From Tubulanus polymorphus (Eukaryota; Animalia; Nemertea), in NCBI RefSeq assembly GCF_964204645.1, contig NC_134027.1, positions 7,348,485 to 7,412,484 of the forward strand: a DNA stretch of 64,000 nucleotides. Reading direction: 5' to 3'. A program made the position numbers and the translations under genes. The notes beneath the pieces are model-generated. The model did not search any database, had not been told where the DNA came from, and worked only from the letters and a program-made list of their open reading frames with translations. Positions 40,880-54,395 of the stretch are shown here, one piece after another; position 1 is the first letter of the stretch, and every line of letters starts with the position of its first letter.

Positions 40880-43800
40880 CTATTTTTCACGAGACGCGAT
40901 TTTCTTTGACACGTCACTTCTACATCGCCGTCTGCAGATGATAGAAATGGCGGCAATAAACATAACGATCAACGCAATGCCACACACTATCAACATGATC
41001 CAATTATCATCGTCGGTGATAGCTGGAAATCAAATATACATTAAGAGACGTATTTTCGCAGAAACGTAATCTGTAATTTCTGCATTCGTTGTATGTATAC
41101 CGCTATTTACATGAATGCAAATTAGATGAACATACTTCGAGTATATGAACACAAATCTCATCAGATTCACCCACCTTTCACTTGAAATTGATTGTCCGAG
41201 TGAACGATGACGTCACCATCGAAAATATCAAAACGGTAATTATAAGTAGAGTTACTGTCGACAGGAATTCGTACGTAATTGATAGACGTGGTGAAATTAA
41301 ACGATTGACAAAGTGATCTGTTGAATTTGGGACAGAGCTTGAAATTGACGACGTAATTTTTCGTTCTTAATCCTGGCAATTCCACTATGACGCTGTCGAC
41401 TAATTGAGAAACTTTGACTCGTTTAATCCATCGCAGTAATCCATTGATACCTGGGAATAATACCAGATTGTGTATACAGCGACAAATTTGTGTGACGTTT
41501 AGACAATCAATCTAAACCATCTAAAGCGTATTCACCTTTCGTTTTAACCCTTACTGATTTTAGAGGAGAACTTATTTCTGGACTTGACTTTAAGTTGAAT
41601 CCTCTAATTCTGAATTCGTATCGTGTATCAGGTTTTAGATCAGTTACTCGGGTACTCGGATAACTGATATTAGCTGGAATTGTCTTTTGTGACCATCCCG
41701 AACCTGATCTGGCTTTCCTGTATTCAACGATGTAAAATTCGTCCGTGACATTTGGATTTGACGACCATGACATTGAAATTGATGTTGCTGTTACAGTTGA
41801 GATCATCAAATCGCTTACGCGGTGTCGAGCTCCTTAAAAATAGAATACGTAATTGTGTATATGTGCTATAAAACTACTGATAATGAAAGCAGTGCTTGAC
41901 GAAAATATAGTGTCATTCCAGGAAATTTCCATGCAAAGCCTGTACTTATGGTAACAAGAATTATATAAATAAGGGTGCACATTATTTGGGATTGGGTAAA
42001 AAATCACTTAACGTGGCGCGTCTTTCAGGTGGGAAGGGATTTATTTCATTCGTGGCAAATGCACGATTTTACAATGCATAGATATATATTACAGTTTTTT
42101 AACGACTCATCAAAAAGCGCTTACCTGGTCGTAACAGTTTAATTTTGAAGTCCGTAAATCCGACTGTATTATGTATTAAGCATGTGTATGTGCCATAATC
42201 ACTTGGAGTTACATCTCTCACCCGAATCAACCACGTATTGTTTACGTTTTTCAGTACGAATCGACAGGATTTTACGAGATCATTTAGATCTCTATCGTCT
42301 GCCGTACAGAGTAAATGCGTTCGCGAATACTCCTTGTTGTATTCCAGGTATTTGACGTTGACTTTCGTGTTGTATTCAACTTTGAATTTCACATTTCCAC
42401 CCTCGTTAACGACTCTTTTCAATGTGGAATTTTCGTGTTTGATAACTGGTGGAACTACGTGCGAGAAAATTATAAATGTACCTGTATCGGAAAATCTATC
42501 ATATAATTCTTAATTAAAAACATGATGGATTAAATACCTGCGCATAGGTTTAAATACGCCCCTTGAGGCGAAATGCAGTATACGCGGACGTTTATACGTC
42601 GAATGACCGTCCCTGCAACATTTTTCTTCTCACACGAATAGCGAGCATCGTGCAAACCATTGACGTTTGCGATGACGATATCTTTCGTTCCTCCTAACAT
42701 TTTTGAGCGCTGTCTCTTTGATCCCTGTATTCTTTTATCTACATGGAAACATGGTGTACTGATAGTATCTTTCATTGTACTATATTAAGACATGGGGCCG
42801 GTTGCTCAAAGGTTGGTTAGAGCTACGAGCAATTATCTAAACTCTAATAGGTTAGAGTTAACCGGTGGATAGAATATAATGACAATCAAAAACTAATAAA
42901 GAAGTTTCCAGTTTCTAGGCGCCATTTTGTGGCGGTCCCTCGAGGTCCATATTGTTGCGATAATTTGCGCTCATTTTTAAAACATAAGTTTATATTGAAT
43001 ATCATATAGTGCTGCAGTCCCTCGCTCGACGAAATCGATTTATACACCATTTTAAAGGAAATTAAATGCAGATATTTGCTGGCGATTCTTGGAATTTTTG
43101 AACTCAACAATTGAGAACAGTGAAGATGTGAAACCAAGGACCGCATATCTTAACCGTGCGTAAAAGAAATCGCAATATTTATTAATTTTAAAATATCTAA
43201 GTATCTCTTAAAGCTATATTTCCAATTTTCACAGAGGTTAAAGAGGGTTATTTGCAGTTTAAGCCTGCGTTGAATTTTTTTGAATATCTTTCCTGACGAC
43301 TGATCTGTACCCGCTTGAGTTTGAGATTACGCGCAAAAGGGGTCTCCCACTGCGCACCGCCATTTCACTGAACATTGAGATTTGTGAAAAGAAATCGCAA
43401 AAATTAGATTTTATACTGGTTTGTAATTATCAATATTGCTTCTGATGGTTATATACTACCTTTATTTTCGTATGGTTGAAAATGGACTTTGAGTGCTTTG
43501 ATGAATTCGAGTTTTGTAGCGTTGGGAAATTAAAGGATTTCTTGTAAGAGTGGGGACTTTCTGTGTTGGTTGCAAATATGGCCTAGTTGAGAACCTAATT
43601 TGCGTTTCAACCGAATGTACCACTCATGGTTGGACACTAGAAAAAAAATCTAAGTTTTTATATATTTTTGAATATGCGGCGCAGCTGAAAGTTGCCAAAC
43701 TGGACGTTGACCCCCTAAAACAGAATATCAAATGGGGGACAGATATGAACCCCTTTAAATATTATATTGGAATTTTATATCAGTAAGGTTTTCTGGTCGA

Positions 43801-46119
43801 TGTTTTCCAGCAAGAAGGTTGAGATTCATTAAATGAATTCATCGTATGATCCCAGAATGAGGGATTACCAGAGAGAGATATGTGTTAAATATGTCCTAAG
43901 CGTTTAAATTGACTGGCACATTTCACCATCGACTCTAAAACGTTTGATTTCACCGAACACAAAATCGGCGCTAGGCTGGATGGGCTGTATACGACAATTC
44001 CTCAACTGGGCCGTTCACACTTCAATAGCGGGACAAACCGGATCCCGAAACCAGATTAACGAATTGCCCCCGCCAAAATACGGTACAAACAAGATATGTA
44101 TTATCATCTCAAAATATCCCCATGGAAAATGTGAAGAAATCAAATTGCATTTTAAAATTTCTTGTCGCAAATCTCAATGTTCAGTGAAATTACAATGCGC
44201 AGTGGGAGACCCCTTTTGCGCGTAATCTCAAACTCAAGCGGGTACAGATCAGTCGTCAGGTAAGATATTCAAAAGATTTTAACGCAGGCTTAAACTGCAA
44301 ATAACCCTCTTTAAACTCAGTGAAAATAGGAAATATAGCTTGAAGCGATACTTAGATATTTTGAAATTAATAAATATTGCGATTTCTTTTACGCACGGTT
44401 TAGATATGCGGTCCTTGGTTTCACATCGTCACTGTTCTCAATTGTTGAGTTCAAAAATTCCAAGAATCGCCAGCAAATATCTGCATTTAATTTTCTTTAA
44501 AATGGTGTATAAATCGATTTCGTCGAGCGAGGGACTGCAGAACTATATGATATTCAATCTAAACTTATGTTTTAAAAATGAGCGCAAATTATCGCAACAA
44601 TGGGGACCTCGCGGGACCGCCACAAAATGGCGCCTAGAAACTGGAAACTTCTTTCTTGTTACCATGATCGTATTTATCCACCAATTCCCTTAACCAACTC
44701 TGGAGCAACTGGCCCTTGATTGTAAACAAATTCAATCGAATTGCATATGATTTCATATTCATTCTTTATTTGAAGAGTTTGTTTTCATCAACATTACCTT
44801 TCCACCATCTGTATGAAACCGGTTGAGTAACTCCATAACCGTCCCCATCACATCTTAAAACTAAACGCGTTCCCTGTTCGACGTGTATGTTCCTTGTATC
44901 ATCAGCGCTACCCATAAACGATCTGTGGATTTTCGGCTCATAATCAATTTCTGAGCCTGACGGGCCAACTGACGGAAAAAGAAGGTATTCAGATTCTTGC
45001 GTTTTCACGATATTATAATAACCAAATTAGCTGGTGGTCACAGGATTGTTTTGTTGGAGATGTAAATAATTTTTCTCATATTACTTATATTACAGTAATA
45101 TGACAAAAGTGCTAAGCTTTTTCCCCCTATATTGAGCCTCAGGTGATATCAAATGTACTTTTGAATTTCCTTTATATATCATATTCTTTAAACCTTTATG
45201 TATTTTTCTACCTATTTGTCTGAATTATGAATCAGGACCTACCGGTTACATTAAGTAGTTTTTTTTCAGTGAATACGGTGTTATTGTATTTGCACATCCA
45301 GTAACCAGCGTGGAGTGTGCTGGTACTTTTTATCATTATACCGTACATATTCTGATAAAACCACCGACAATGTTCGTATATATCACTGTTTGCGTAGTGT
45401 CCAACCTCGCGACCCTGCAGCAGTTCATATACAAACAACATGAAAAATGAAAAAATCCAAACCGGACATGCGTTCATTCACTTATAATGATGAATAAACT
45501 TGATGATGTTGAAATTTCTGATGAAGAGGTTTAGTTAAAACATCGAAAAGCTCGACGACCAAATCATCAATTGTAGCGGTTTTAAATTATACTATGTCCC
45601 CGAGACCATCAAATCCACTGTAGTTGTTTTGAAAGAAAAAATAACAAGATCCGTAAATCGAGATATTTTTTCGCCATACAACCGAATACTTCCTGTATTT
45701 CCTTATCTAGCGCAAAACTATAGAGACCAAAATTAAACTTACGTTACAGTTAAATTTCGTAAGTTTCAATTCGCGCAGCACTTTACGATCGTAGTTCATG
45801 TGGACAACCATGATCGGTTCATCACAGAAATCTTCCGAATATGCTACGTTACATTTCAGATACACAGTTCGCCCAAATATGACTGGATTCGGCTCGATAT
45901 CTATTGACAACTCCGAAAAAGGCTTCGTGCAATGTCCATCTTCACAGGTTACTGAACCTACGTACAATACAAATCTTCCATTACGTAAATAAGTACCCCA
46001 TATATAGACGCCAGGTCGTGCATTTTTCGATATCGGACGATTCGATATACATAACGTTTGAAATTCAAATTACCTATCAGGAACAGTATTCCTAACCATG
46101 CCAATTGAACAATCGCCAT
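40880..46119 (-). CDS. Type-I membrane Ig-superfamily protein (about 3 Ig + 1-2 FN3, TM, ~20-aa basic tail), 9 exons
   Basis: Signal exon 46074-46119 (MAIVQLAWLGILFLI); VYLKC..HAGYWMC, LVLRC..DARYSC, DYGTYTC; FN3 with ISMSW, YIVEYR, LKPDTRYEFRIRGFN; TM WIMLIVCGIALIVMFIAAISIIC-RRR; TAG 40880-40882. Confidence 0.85.
42795..44715. mobile_element. Outer palindromic MITE interrupted by a larger foldback element
   Basis: gggccggttgctcaaaggttggttag ... taaccaactctggagcaactggccc termini flank the inner element. Confidence 0.7.
42898..44654. mobile_element. Non-autonomous DNA transposon with ~500-bp terminal inverted repeats, in an intron of the Ig/FN3 gene
   Basis: aaagaagtttccagtttctaggcgccattttg ... 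caaaatggcgcctagaaactggaaacttcttt; near-identical ORF translations on opposite strands (42886-43146 vs 44340-44693); no transposase recognised. Confidence 0.92.
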
Positions 46120-47323
46120 TTCCAATGTTTTACTATTCGTAAACAGTGTAGTGGCAGGCTATAGCATCAGTGTATGCATGAACAAATAGGTTACCATAAT
46201 TTCCAAATAGGTTTCTACGAAACAGAGAAAAATAGTGCAACTCGTGCTCGAAAACGATCATGACGGAATACATGAGAAGTACTCGATATGAATGACAAAT
46301 AGATTTCCGAAATATTGTATAATTTGGGATGAAACCATAAATCAGTAGGAAATCATTACTTTATCACCATCTGGTGATAGTGTTGATTGTCTGTCTTCAA
46401 AGAAAGTTTTTTGTCGTCAAAGGTTCAAATCCTGTTTACTTTAGATCTAATAGAACCTGGTGTCGAGCTTATTAGAACAAAAACCTATCTTGTGACAAGG
46501 GTAGAAAGCTTCTAGGGCCACCGTGAGCGAAAATTGCGCTGCGCAAAGTTCGTACGAAAGTTCGCATCCAGCGAGTCCACCGCACACCCGGCGAATGTGG
46601 CAATATCCATCACTAAAATCCAGATTGACATGGTCTTGCAAGGGAAAAATGGTACCAAACTCGTATCCGTACGTACGTATAGTTAAAGGATCGGTCTCAA
46701 CTATGATTTGGAGCTGGAAAGAATTGGGGTATAACTCTGGTAAAGATATGCTTAATTTGTTTGATCGATGAGATGACAGATTAAACCTGACTCTCCAAAC
46801 GTGTGGCAGATCAAATGATAAAATACTGCGTATGTTCGGCACTAGCACTAATTGGAATTCAATACGTATAAAATGTAATCTATCACTTCAACTAAATCGT
46901 CGAGGGAGCGCAAAGGAATCTATTTTGACATTATTAATTTTTTTGTTATTTCCAACCTTCGTACCATCGCTATTTATATGTTGTTTCACAAGCGATAAAC
47001 TTGAGCGTTGACTCTAAAACGAGTAAGCCTACATCTTGTATTATGTTTGACGGAATTGCCAATTTTATGAAATGTTCTCTGTTCAAATTTTGGTGTTCGA
47101 CAAATTTTGTATCCTGGACTATTAGACTAAATTTACATTTCTTGCTAATATTCCAATTATACGTCGCATACGTATGAATTCCGATATTTTCAAAACTTTT
47201 TTTATGTGCATATATACGTATTAATTGAATATCAATTTTGCTCATTGAATTTTATACGCGGGGTTCACGTCGCAAGCAGCTAGTTTTGGGGTAATTAGCC
47301 AATTATGCCAGCAACAGCTCAGG

Positions 47324-48412
47324 ATGGAGGCTGAATTGGAAATGCTGAGAAGGCGTATCGCCAACAAGACACGCGACTGTCGTTACGATGAGTACCAAAC
47401 CTACGTCGCATTACTGAAGATGATCGGTGGCATGTTTCTGACATTACTGGGCATTGCTTTGAACGTTCTGAATATCGTTGTTTTGAGACGACAGTCATCG
47501 ACCCATACGTCGATTTTTTTGTTGATATGTTTGGCGTATACCGACATGGCATTTCTCTTAACGCGTGGATTACGTGAACCTATACGTATTTGGATAGCTT
47601 TCATATACGACAGCGACTACGTATTCCGCCAGAAAATGATCCTCTTAGACAAATTTAAAGGACGTTCCGTATCGCACTATCTGATACCCGATTTGTATTT
47701 ATGGGCAGACTATCCCCGGTACGTGACTCACATAGCTCGAAACTGGCTAACGGTCCTTATCAGTACGGAACGAGCAGTAACGATCGCTCATCCGTTTTGG
47801 TCTCGTAGAAATATAACCAAAACCCGTCTACTTACCATTCATCTGCTTATCACCGGGTGTTTTCTGATACTTTATGTACCTCATTTATACGGGCTCGGTC
47901 AGGCTAGTGCCGTTGTTGGAATTGATCCTTGTCAGCTTAAACCACGTAAAGGTACATACCACAATAAAGGGATATGGGATACCCTTTGGGTGATTTTGTA
48001 CCGTTCCGTAAATCCAATGATGAAGGAAGCGGTCCCTTTCACTTGTCTTGTCATCACGAACATATTCATTTGTTACAAAATCTGGGTAGCTTCTCGAGAA
48101 AGGAAATATAGGATGGCTAGTGACACTACAGCATCTGTACAAGCGGACAACATGCGTCACAAAGTAGTTAAGATGACGTTAGCCATTTCAGTAACATTCA
48201 TGACTTTCGAGTTACCCTCGTCATTTTTAGCCTATAGAGATTTCTTATTGCAGTTCTTTTCATTTCCTCATCTGTCTCTCGGTGACAGGAGAGTCCAAAA
48301 ATTTCTTGCTGAAATATTCCCGATCATGGATTCGTCCACTAATTTTTTCGTTTACTGCTTGGCAAACGATAGATTCCGCGCTACAGCAAAATCAATCATC
48401 TTCCGGAATTGA
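47324..48412 (+). CDS. Intronless class A GPCR, FMRFamide/sex-peptide-receptor-like orphan group
   Basis: Seven hydrophobic segments; GIALN, LAYTD, NWLTVLISTERAVTIAHP, KMTLAISVTFMTFELP, DSSTNFFVY. Confidence 0.93.
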   Translation: MEAELEMLRRRIANKTRDCRYDEYQTYVALLKMIGGMFLTLLGIALNVLNIVVLRRQSSTHTSIFLLICLAYTDMAFLLTRGLREPIRIWIAFIYDSDYVFRQKMILLDKFKGRSVSHYLIPDLYLWADYPRYVTHIARNWLTVLISTERAVTIAHPFWSRRNITKTRLLTIHLLITGCFLILYVPHLYGLGQASAVVGIDPCQLKPRKGTYHNKGIWDTLWVILYRSVNPMMKEAVPFTCLVITNIFICYKIWVASRERKYRMASDTTASVQADNMRHKVVKMTLAISVTFMTFELPSSFLAYRDFLLQFFSFPHLSLGDRRVQKFLAEIFPIMDSSTNFFVYCLANDRFRATAKSIIFRN

Positions 48413-48744
48413 TACAATCCTTGAATAGTAACATAGAAAAGAAGTTAATAATCGACTCTTGTGTGCGTTCCTTGTTCACTCAACAAAATCATCAACTTTG
48501 GCCTAACCCATTAATTTGTACGTATATAGGCAGAGATCTGCTCGTGAGGCTAGTATATAGATGGTCCTCATTCCTAATGGTTGCACCACTTCACCAATTG
48601 AAGTAGAGCGACGTTATGTAAATCTACATTGTATATTTGTCAGTTTATTTTCAGCCACGAATGATCATAACAGTACTTTCGATTATCATATCAATGTTTG
48701 TATTTGATGATGCAAAAACAGCTCCTTAAAATGAAAAAGTTTGC

Positions 48745-48937
48745 AATATTGCACATGTTGTTTTTTCGTCTTCTCATGTATCATGTATCGCATGATGTTT
48801 TTCCCCAGTCGAATCAAGTTTTCTCACTATCTAATCAGTTCATTATTTGAAAATTATTTGGCAGGAAACCCATAGTCGGCCATAGAAGGCCCACAGAGCC
48901 AGTGGTGAATATTGCTGTTATATAATAACGATACGTT
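48745..48937 (+). repeat. Dispersed repeat, copy 2 of 11400-11661
   Basis: Same conserved blocks in the same order, with internal deletions. Confidence 0.75.
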
Positions 48938-50255
48938 GTCGATACGTACCGGTACATACATGTATTGACAAAATAGAAAAGATTGGGATTTCTTAAGAAT
49001 ATCTAGATTTCAGATTCACCAGATTTGTTTATTCATGGAACTTTCCTTCACTATGCATCATGTTGTCATTCAGAAAAACACTGAAAAGTCTCATAACTAT
49101 TTCATTTTTTTCATCTCTTATTTATTTTACTATAATTCGGCTATATAAGCTTTAAAACTTTCGGCTATTTAAAACTTCACCACACCTACTGGAAAAAGGC
49201 TGTGGTTTTTTGAAGGAGAAACATTAAATACATACAATACAAATAACAAGTCAACACTCATAAGTCACGACCAAAGATTTCAACAGGTAAATTATACAGT
49301 AGATTGAGACTGCTGAATCGAATCTGATCAACTAGGATAACCATTCAACTCGGATGTTTGTTGAAATATATTTTGGACCCTATTTATGAAATACATCACA
49401 TCCAACTCTGATATCATTTTTACAGTCATAAAAGGTACAACTTGAGTGGAGTCTGCATTTTCATGTAAGTTGCATGCAAATGTTATGGTCAGATCTTAAT
49501 TTGAATATATAGAGATATTTCAATTTTTTTCTTCTTCCAACATCTTACGAATCTATTTAAAGATATTTACAATTTCACTTCTAATTTACAAGATGTACAA
49601 TTTTACAATACATAAATAAATATCTTATTTACAAAATGGTGTCCTGAATTTCCGATGTATTCAAATTCTATCTTTTTTTTCAATTAAAATAGAATGTTCT
49701 TTTACGTGTAACCATGAATAAAAAATGTGAAGTCTTTTTCTATCAACGTTATAGCCCAGGATTAAGATGGGATCTCTTTCAATGAAGTTTCAGTTGCAAT
49801 GAAGTATTAGACTGTTTTGTGAATTTCAGTTAAATTTACGGAGTGCCTGCCTCATTAGACAACCAATCTATGAGGATGAATCTGAAAAATTACAATATAC
49901 TTACAAAATTGAACTTCCTTGAATATTTTAACATGACATAACACCGGTACATTAGATTTATTCATAAAGTTATGTTCAATTTCAGAAAACTAAGAATCAA
50001 CGCTTCACTAAGATTACTGCTATGAAAAATAACATGTAGTTAGTGAATGAATTTAATTCAAGAAATATTTCCTCATCTCTTTCACTTTTGAATTACCCCT
50101 TTACAAATATTCTCCTGTAGAAAATCGACATTTTCCAACACTACTTACTAAGACTCAAAGGGGTCTCATGCCATTAGAGTGGATGAAGTATCAGGTATGT
50201 TTAAGTGTATGTATATGTATCTATTCCTCATAACGTCTATCAGTCAGCAAAAATA

Positions 50256-53231
50256 TCAGTCTACAATTTTTTCGAAGTAATCCACGTGTTGATGCTTAAG
50301 AACCTTTAGAAGAGACAAAAAAAAAACAAAAATACATTATGAAATTAAACATCAAAATACAGAATCTTCTAGTTAAGTAACTGTCATGTTACCTCATTGC
50401 CCCAACTTATCCATCCTGGTGTCAGATATCTTGCAAATAGTTCCAAACAAACCGCATCTGCCTTTAGAAATGGCTTGAATATCTCTGTTGATGAAGATGA
50501 TGAAATCTAATTCAAAATCCAGTAGCTTGCAAATTGGAAAGAATGAACTGAATTTTGGGACAGGGCACATGCTGCCTGAATATATTCTTACCAGATAATG
50601 TTGGTTTTTGAGAATGAATACTGCTCGGGACGCTTACAATGATTTTATGCTGTAATTTTTCTACATCAGGAATTGTTAATTTACTCTCAGTTTCACACAT
50701 CGATTCATATAATCCAATGATGATATTTTCATAAGGCTTTTTCTGATCAGAATTGAAATCGCACACCAAATCTCCACTTCTCGTAACCTGATTAAAAAAA
50801 AAAGAAATATGAAATTGTTATGAGTACATATTTAAACTGCTGTGATGCATCTGCCTTTATTTGTTGCTCGTAGATCTGACCTTCATCCAATGCCAATCTG
50901 CAATGTGCTTGACATTCCAAAATGGAAATAAACCTTCTTTCACAAACTTAATTTGCTTTAATTTATTTGTGGCCCAAACCGCAATGAGGCATCCACTTGG
51001 TGAACTAAGCGATTTCACAGGTAGTTTATACATGTCCCAATCAGTCAACGTTTTATATCTAGCAAAAAAAAAAACATTACTGTGTTCATGTATCTCTTAA
51101 TCTACATCAATGTTAGTAATTGTATAAATAGGGGTTCATACGCGCGCTCGAATTTATTTTTATTTTTTATGAGCTCGATCCTTCGACCTTTGGTATGAAC
51201 CACTATTTATACAATTACTAATGTTCTCATACAAATAAACTCACTTCTTTATTCTTTTGATCGATTTATTTTCCCAAGGTGGATCAATGACTATCAGATT
51301 GGCAGGTGAAACTATCAATGAAAATTGAAAAGAACATCTATGATAAGCTTGTGCTACCTTTCATCTATACGAAATTCCACAGCAATTACAGAAAAATTTC
51401 AAAAATGTTTTCAGAAGTTTCTGTGTACCAGATTTGATTAATTTTTTGCAGTCCTGAATATCTGACAATAGGAACTTTGAAGCGCCTGGGATCAGAAATT
51501 CATCATCCAGGTAACGCATAATAGCTGGTTTATCACTCTGGTTGAAGTAAAGTCTGCTACATGGGAAAACAGTCAAATCTGTTGTGAAAATTCAAAAAAT
51601 AATTGTCTCGCAAGTTTAAAACGTAAATGGATTTTAGTTATAACACAACTTTTTCACAAATTTAATGCAAGAGCTAATTTGAAATAAAGTGTCTGATAGG
51701 TTACCTGATTCTTGGATAGAAATTGGATGAGTTCCATATGATTTATCATCCACAGATTTACAAACTTCTATCATATCAACCTTCGAACCAACACTATTTA
51801 AGGCAGCATCTCTCGCCTGGCGATTATTGCCTGCTTTCTTATTTGGTTTGAAATAATTTTGTCGAGCCCAATCTAGGAGACTACCAGACCTGCATCTTAT
51901 CTCTTCTTTTACCTTAAAAATGGACAATGGCTTTTAAAGAAAACGAATAATATGAATGTATGATTGAAAGCGGCTTTTTACAAACCTTAGAATGGTAGGT
52001 TTCTGATTGAAATTCTATTCTCCTTTTTCTTTTCTTCTTCTTCTATTAGAATTTATAATAAGATGTGTCATCAAAAATCTTTTTTTACTGTATCTTAGGC
52101 CTACAGTACATACATGAAAAGGGTAGGGTATGAAATCCGGCTGCTGCCGCGGCCGATGGTATGAAATGCAGTATCAATATATATTATATGTTCTTTCAAT
52201 TCCTCCATTTATGATAAGTGAATTATAAATATTTTTTATTCTTAGGCCTAATCTATAAAATGATGATTTTTCTCATCTTTTCATTGATATCAAATAAAAT
52301 TTATCTGATCTTAAATCTTCAATATCTTCACTGGATATCCTATTAAATCTATCTAGTAAATATGTTCTAAATGTACCGGTATGTGTTTTACTTTGGCCTT
52401 GTCTAAAAGTACAATTTATTTATCACCATATTTGGTTGAAACATTTTCTATGATTGTAATTAGATATTTTTGATTTTGTGTTAATTCATTTAACTTTGTA
52501 TCTACTGATTTAGCGGCAGTGGTATCTTTCATTCTTTGGATAAAGCTTAAGTTATTTTTGTTTTGCGATTGTTTGTTGTTTCCATTCATTTATGTAACAA
52601 CGTATTTATTGAAATTGTATCAAAAATACATAAAGAGGATGTATTTTTGATTGTACTCACAATTCTTCAATTTACAGTAATCAACACACATCATTTTGCT
52701 AAAAATAAGTTTAATTACGCACATATAGACACTAATCACCATCCTTTGCGATTCATGATTAAATCAACAAAAACCTTTCACTTTAGAAATATATACATAA
52801 GTCTATTCACGCAATAAAGAGAATAATTTACATCACTAAGTTATAAAATAAAGACCACGGGATATTATTGCGGCCACATTTTGTGCAGCCGCGACTGCAG
52901 TTCATACAGTGGCCGCGGCCACGGCCGGCTTTCATACCCTACCGTCTAGTCATGAAAAGTGTACACACGATGAAATACCACTGCCACCAAGACTGACCCG
53001 GTTAACCTTTTCTCTTACTTTTCTATCTACTGATGCTTTCAGATCGGTTCCATTTTCTTCTTCAGATTTTGAAAGGCTTCTGCTACTACAAACATACTGA
53101 CTGTCCATGAGAAATTGCTCCCAAATTTCGAAATAGTCGTTTTTAACTGTATAATCTTGCGTGCAATTCTGATCAAACCAAAGTTTCTGATCGACAAACC
53201 AACCGCAGTCATTTTCAAATAACACAGCCAT
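50256..53231 (-). CDS. METTL4: N6-adenine methyltransferase METTL4 (MT-A70 family), multi-exon
   Basis: IVIDPPWENKSIKR, IAVWATN, WHWMKVTRSG, KKPYE, SVPSSIHSQKP, LELFARYLTPGWISWGNEVLKHQ; TGA 50256-50258. Confidence 0.95.
51114..51220. mobile_element. 107-bp MITE with TAG...CTA ends and 4-bp TSD (Academ-like)
   Basis: atgt|tagtaattgtataaataggggttcatac ... gtatgaaccactatttatacaattacta|atgt. Confidence 0.85.
52126..52939. mobile_element. ~810-bp non-autonomous TIR element in METTL4 intron 1
   Basis: TA|gggtatgaaatccggc..gccgcggcc ... ggccgcggcc..gccggctttcataccc|TA; AT-rich interior. Confidence 0.8.
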
Positions 53232-53379
53232 GCTAATGTGATTTAAAGGAATAAGCACCTATTTTTCTTTAAATTTAGTTGGCCCTATCCCCTAAGATAA
53301 TTATTTATTCGCCTTGTTTATTCGATTGAAAAATATTTTCTTCAACATCGGGCAACGACCTTGAGCTTGAGCTACGGCA

Positions 53380-54200
53380 ACGATTACGATTACGATTACG
53401 ATTAGCTTTATTGACCAAATAATGCGAGTTATATAGGTATACAAATAATAATAAAGCAATTACAAGAGAAGATATAAAACGTAGGGTATACAGACATGAG
53501 AATACAAAAGGAAACACAACAACAACAACAAAAAAAACTGAATACATGTATTATCAAATCTCCGAAGTTGACCGCTAGTGCGGCGCCACTGGCTATGACA
53601 TGCGTTTAAATATACAATGTACAGTGTATTCGAGATCTCAGCCAAACTTAGTTTTAATGGAGTCATTTACAAAATCGATAATAGCTGGTAGAATTTCAGT
53701 GTCCCCGTGGCCATATGAAGCAATATAGATGAATTGATCTTCATGGCTCATATTATTTAAATTTGTATAGTCTAGTTTAGAGAACATACTTTTACGATGT
53801 GACTCTAATTCTGAACAATCCAGAAAAAAGTGACATTCGTCTTCAACAGATCCATTATTGCAAAATCTACAAGTTCTGTCGTTACGATCAAGCCTGTTAT
53901 GACGACCAATCTCAATATTCAAGAGAGCTTGTTCTCAATTTCGAGAATTCTCTCCTTTTGCTAAGAGGGTTACACAGGATATAGTTTTCCCGGCAACAGA
54001 AGTCTTTTTTGAACAAATTGTATGATTTAAGTTTACCATCATTGAGGGAGACGGGTGATTTCCAATTTAATTCATATTGATTAATGATATTTCTTTTAAA
54101 CATTTGGAGGAATGCATTATTACTAGTAAACATTCCTGTTGACTGATGGTCCCATACATAATTGAAGTTGAATACGGACAAACATTTTTCCATAAAGAAA
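53380..54200 (-). mobile_element. Degenerate 3' fragment of a second LINE family (RTE-X-like C-terminus)
   Basis: Frameshifted KLRTSS..IEIGRH..RTCRFCNNGSVEDECHFFLDC zinc knuckle; 3' end AATAAA followed by (TAATCG)n. Confidence 0.85.
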
Positions 54201-54395
54201 CACCAGTTCTAGTTCGAGGAGAAACGGATATTCTCGGAGCAACCCCTTTCTCCATATTCTCAGAGCTTTCTGACCCTCACTTGCCATTGCAATGGTGCAA
54301 ATATCAACATAGGCCTAAACACATCTAAATTATTTCTTAAATATGACTGCTGTTACTTAGAACTTCTATTTAGAGTAGCCTCGTAAATAAAGATA

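Noticed and set aside
42886-44693. Two near-identical small ORFs on opposite strands
   Set aside because: By-product of the transposon's inverted repeats; no protein motif.
46447-46848. Overlapping ORFs upstream of the Ig/FN3 gene
   Set aside because: No recognisable motif or convincing splice structure; at most a decayed fragment.
16544-48412. Functional coupling of the FaNaC-like channel and the FMRFamide-receptor-like GPCR
   Set aside because: 30 kb apart, both from large families, ligands unknown.
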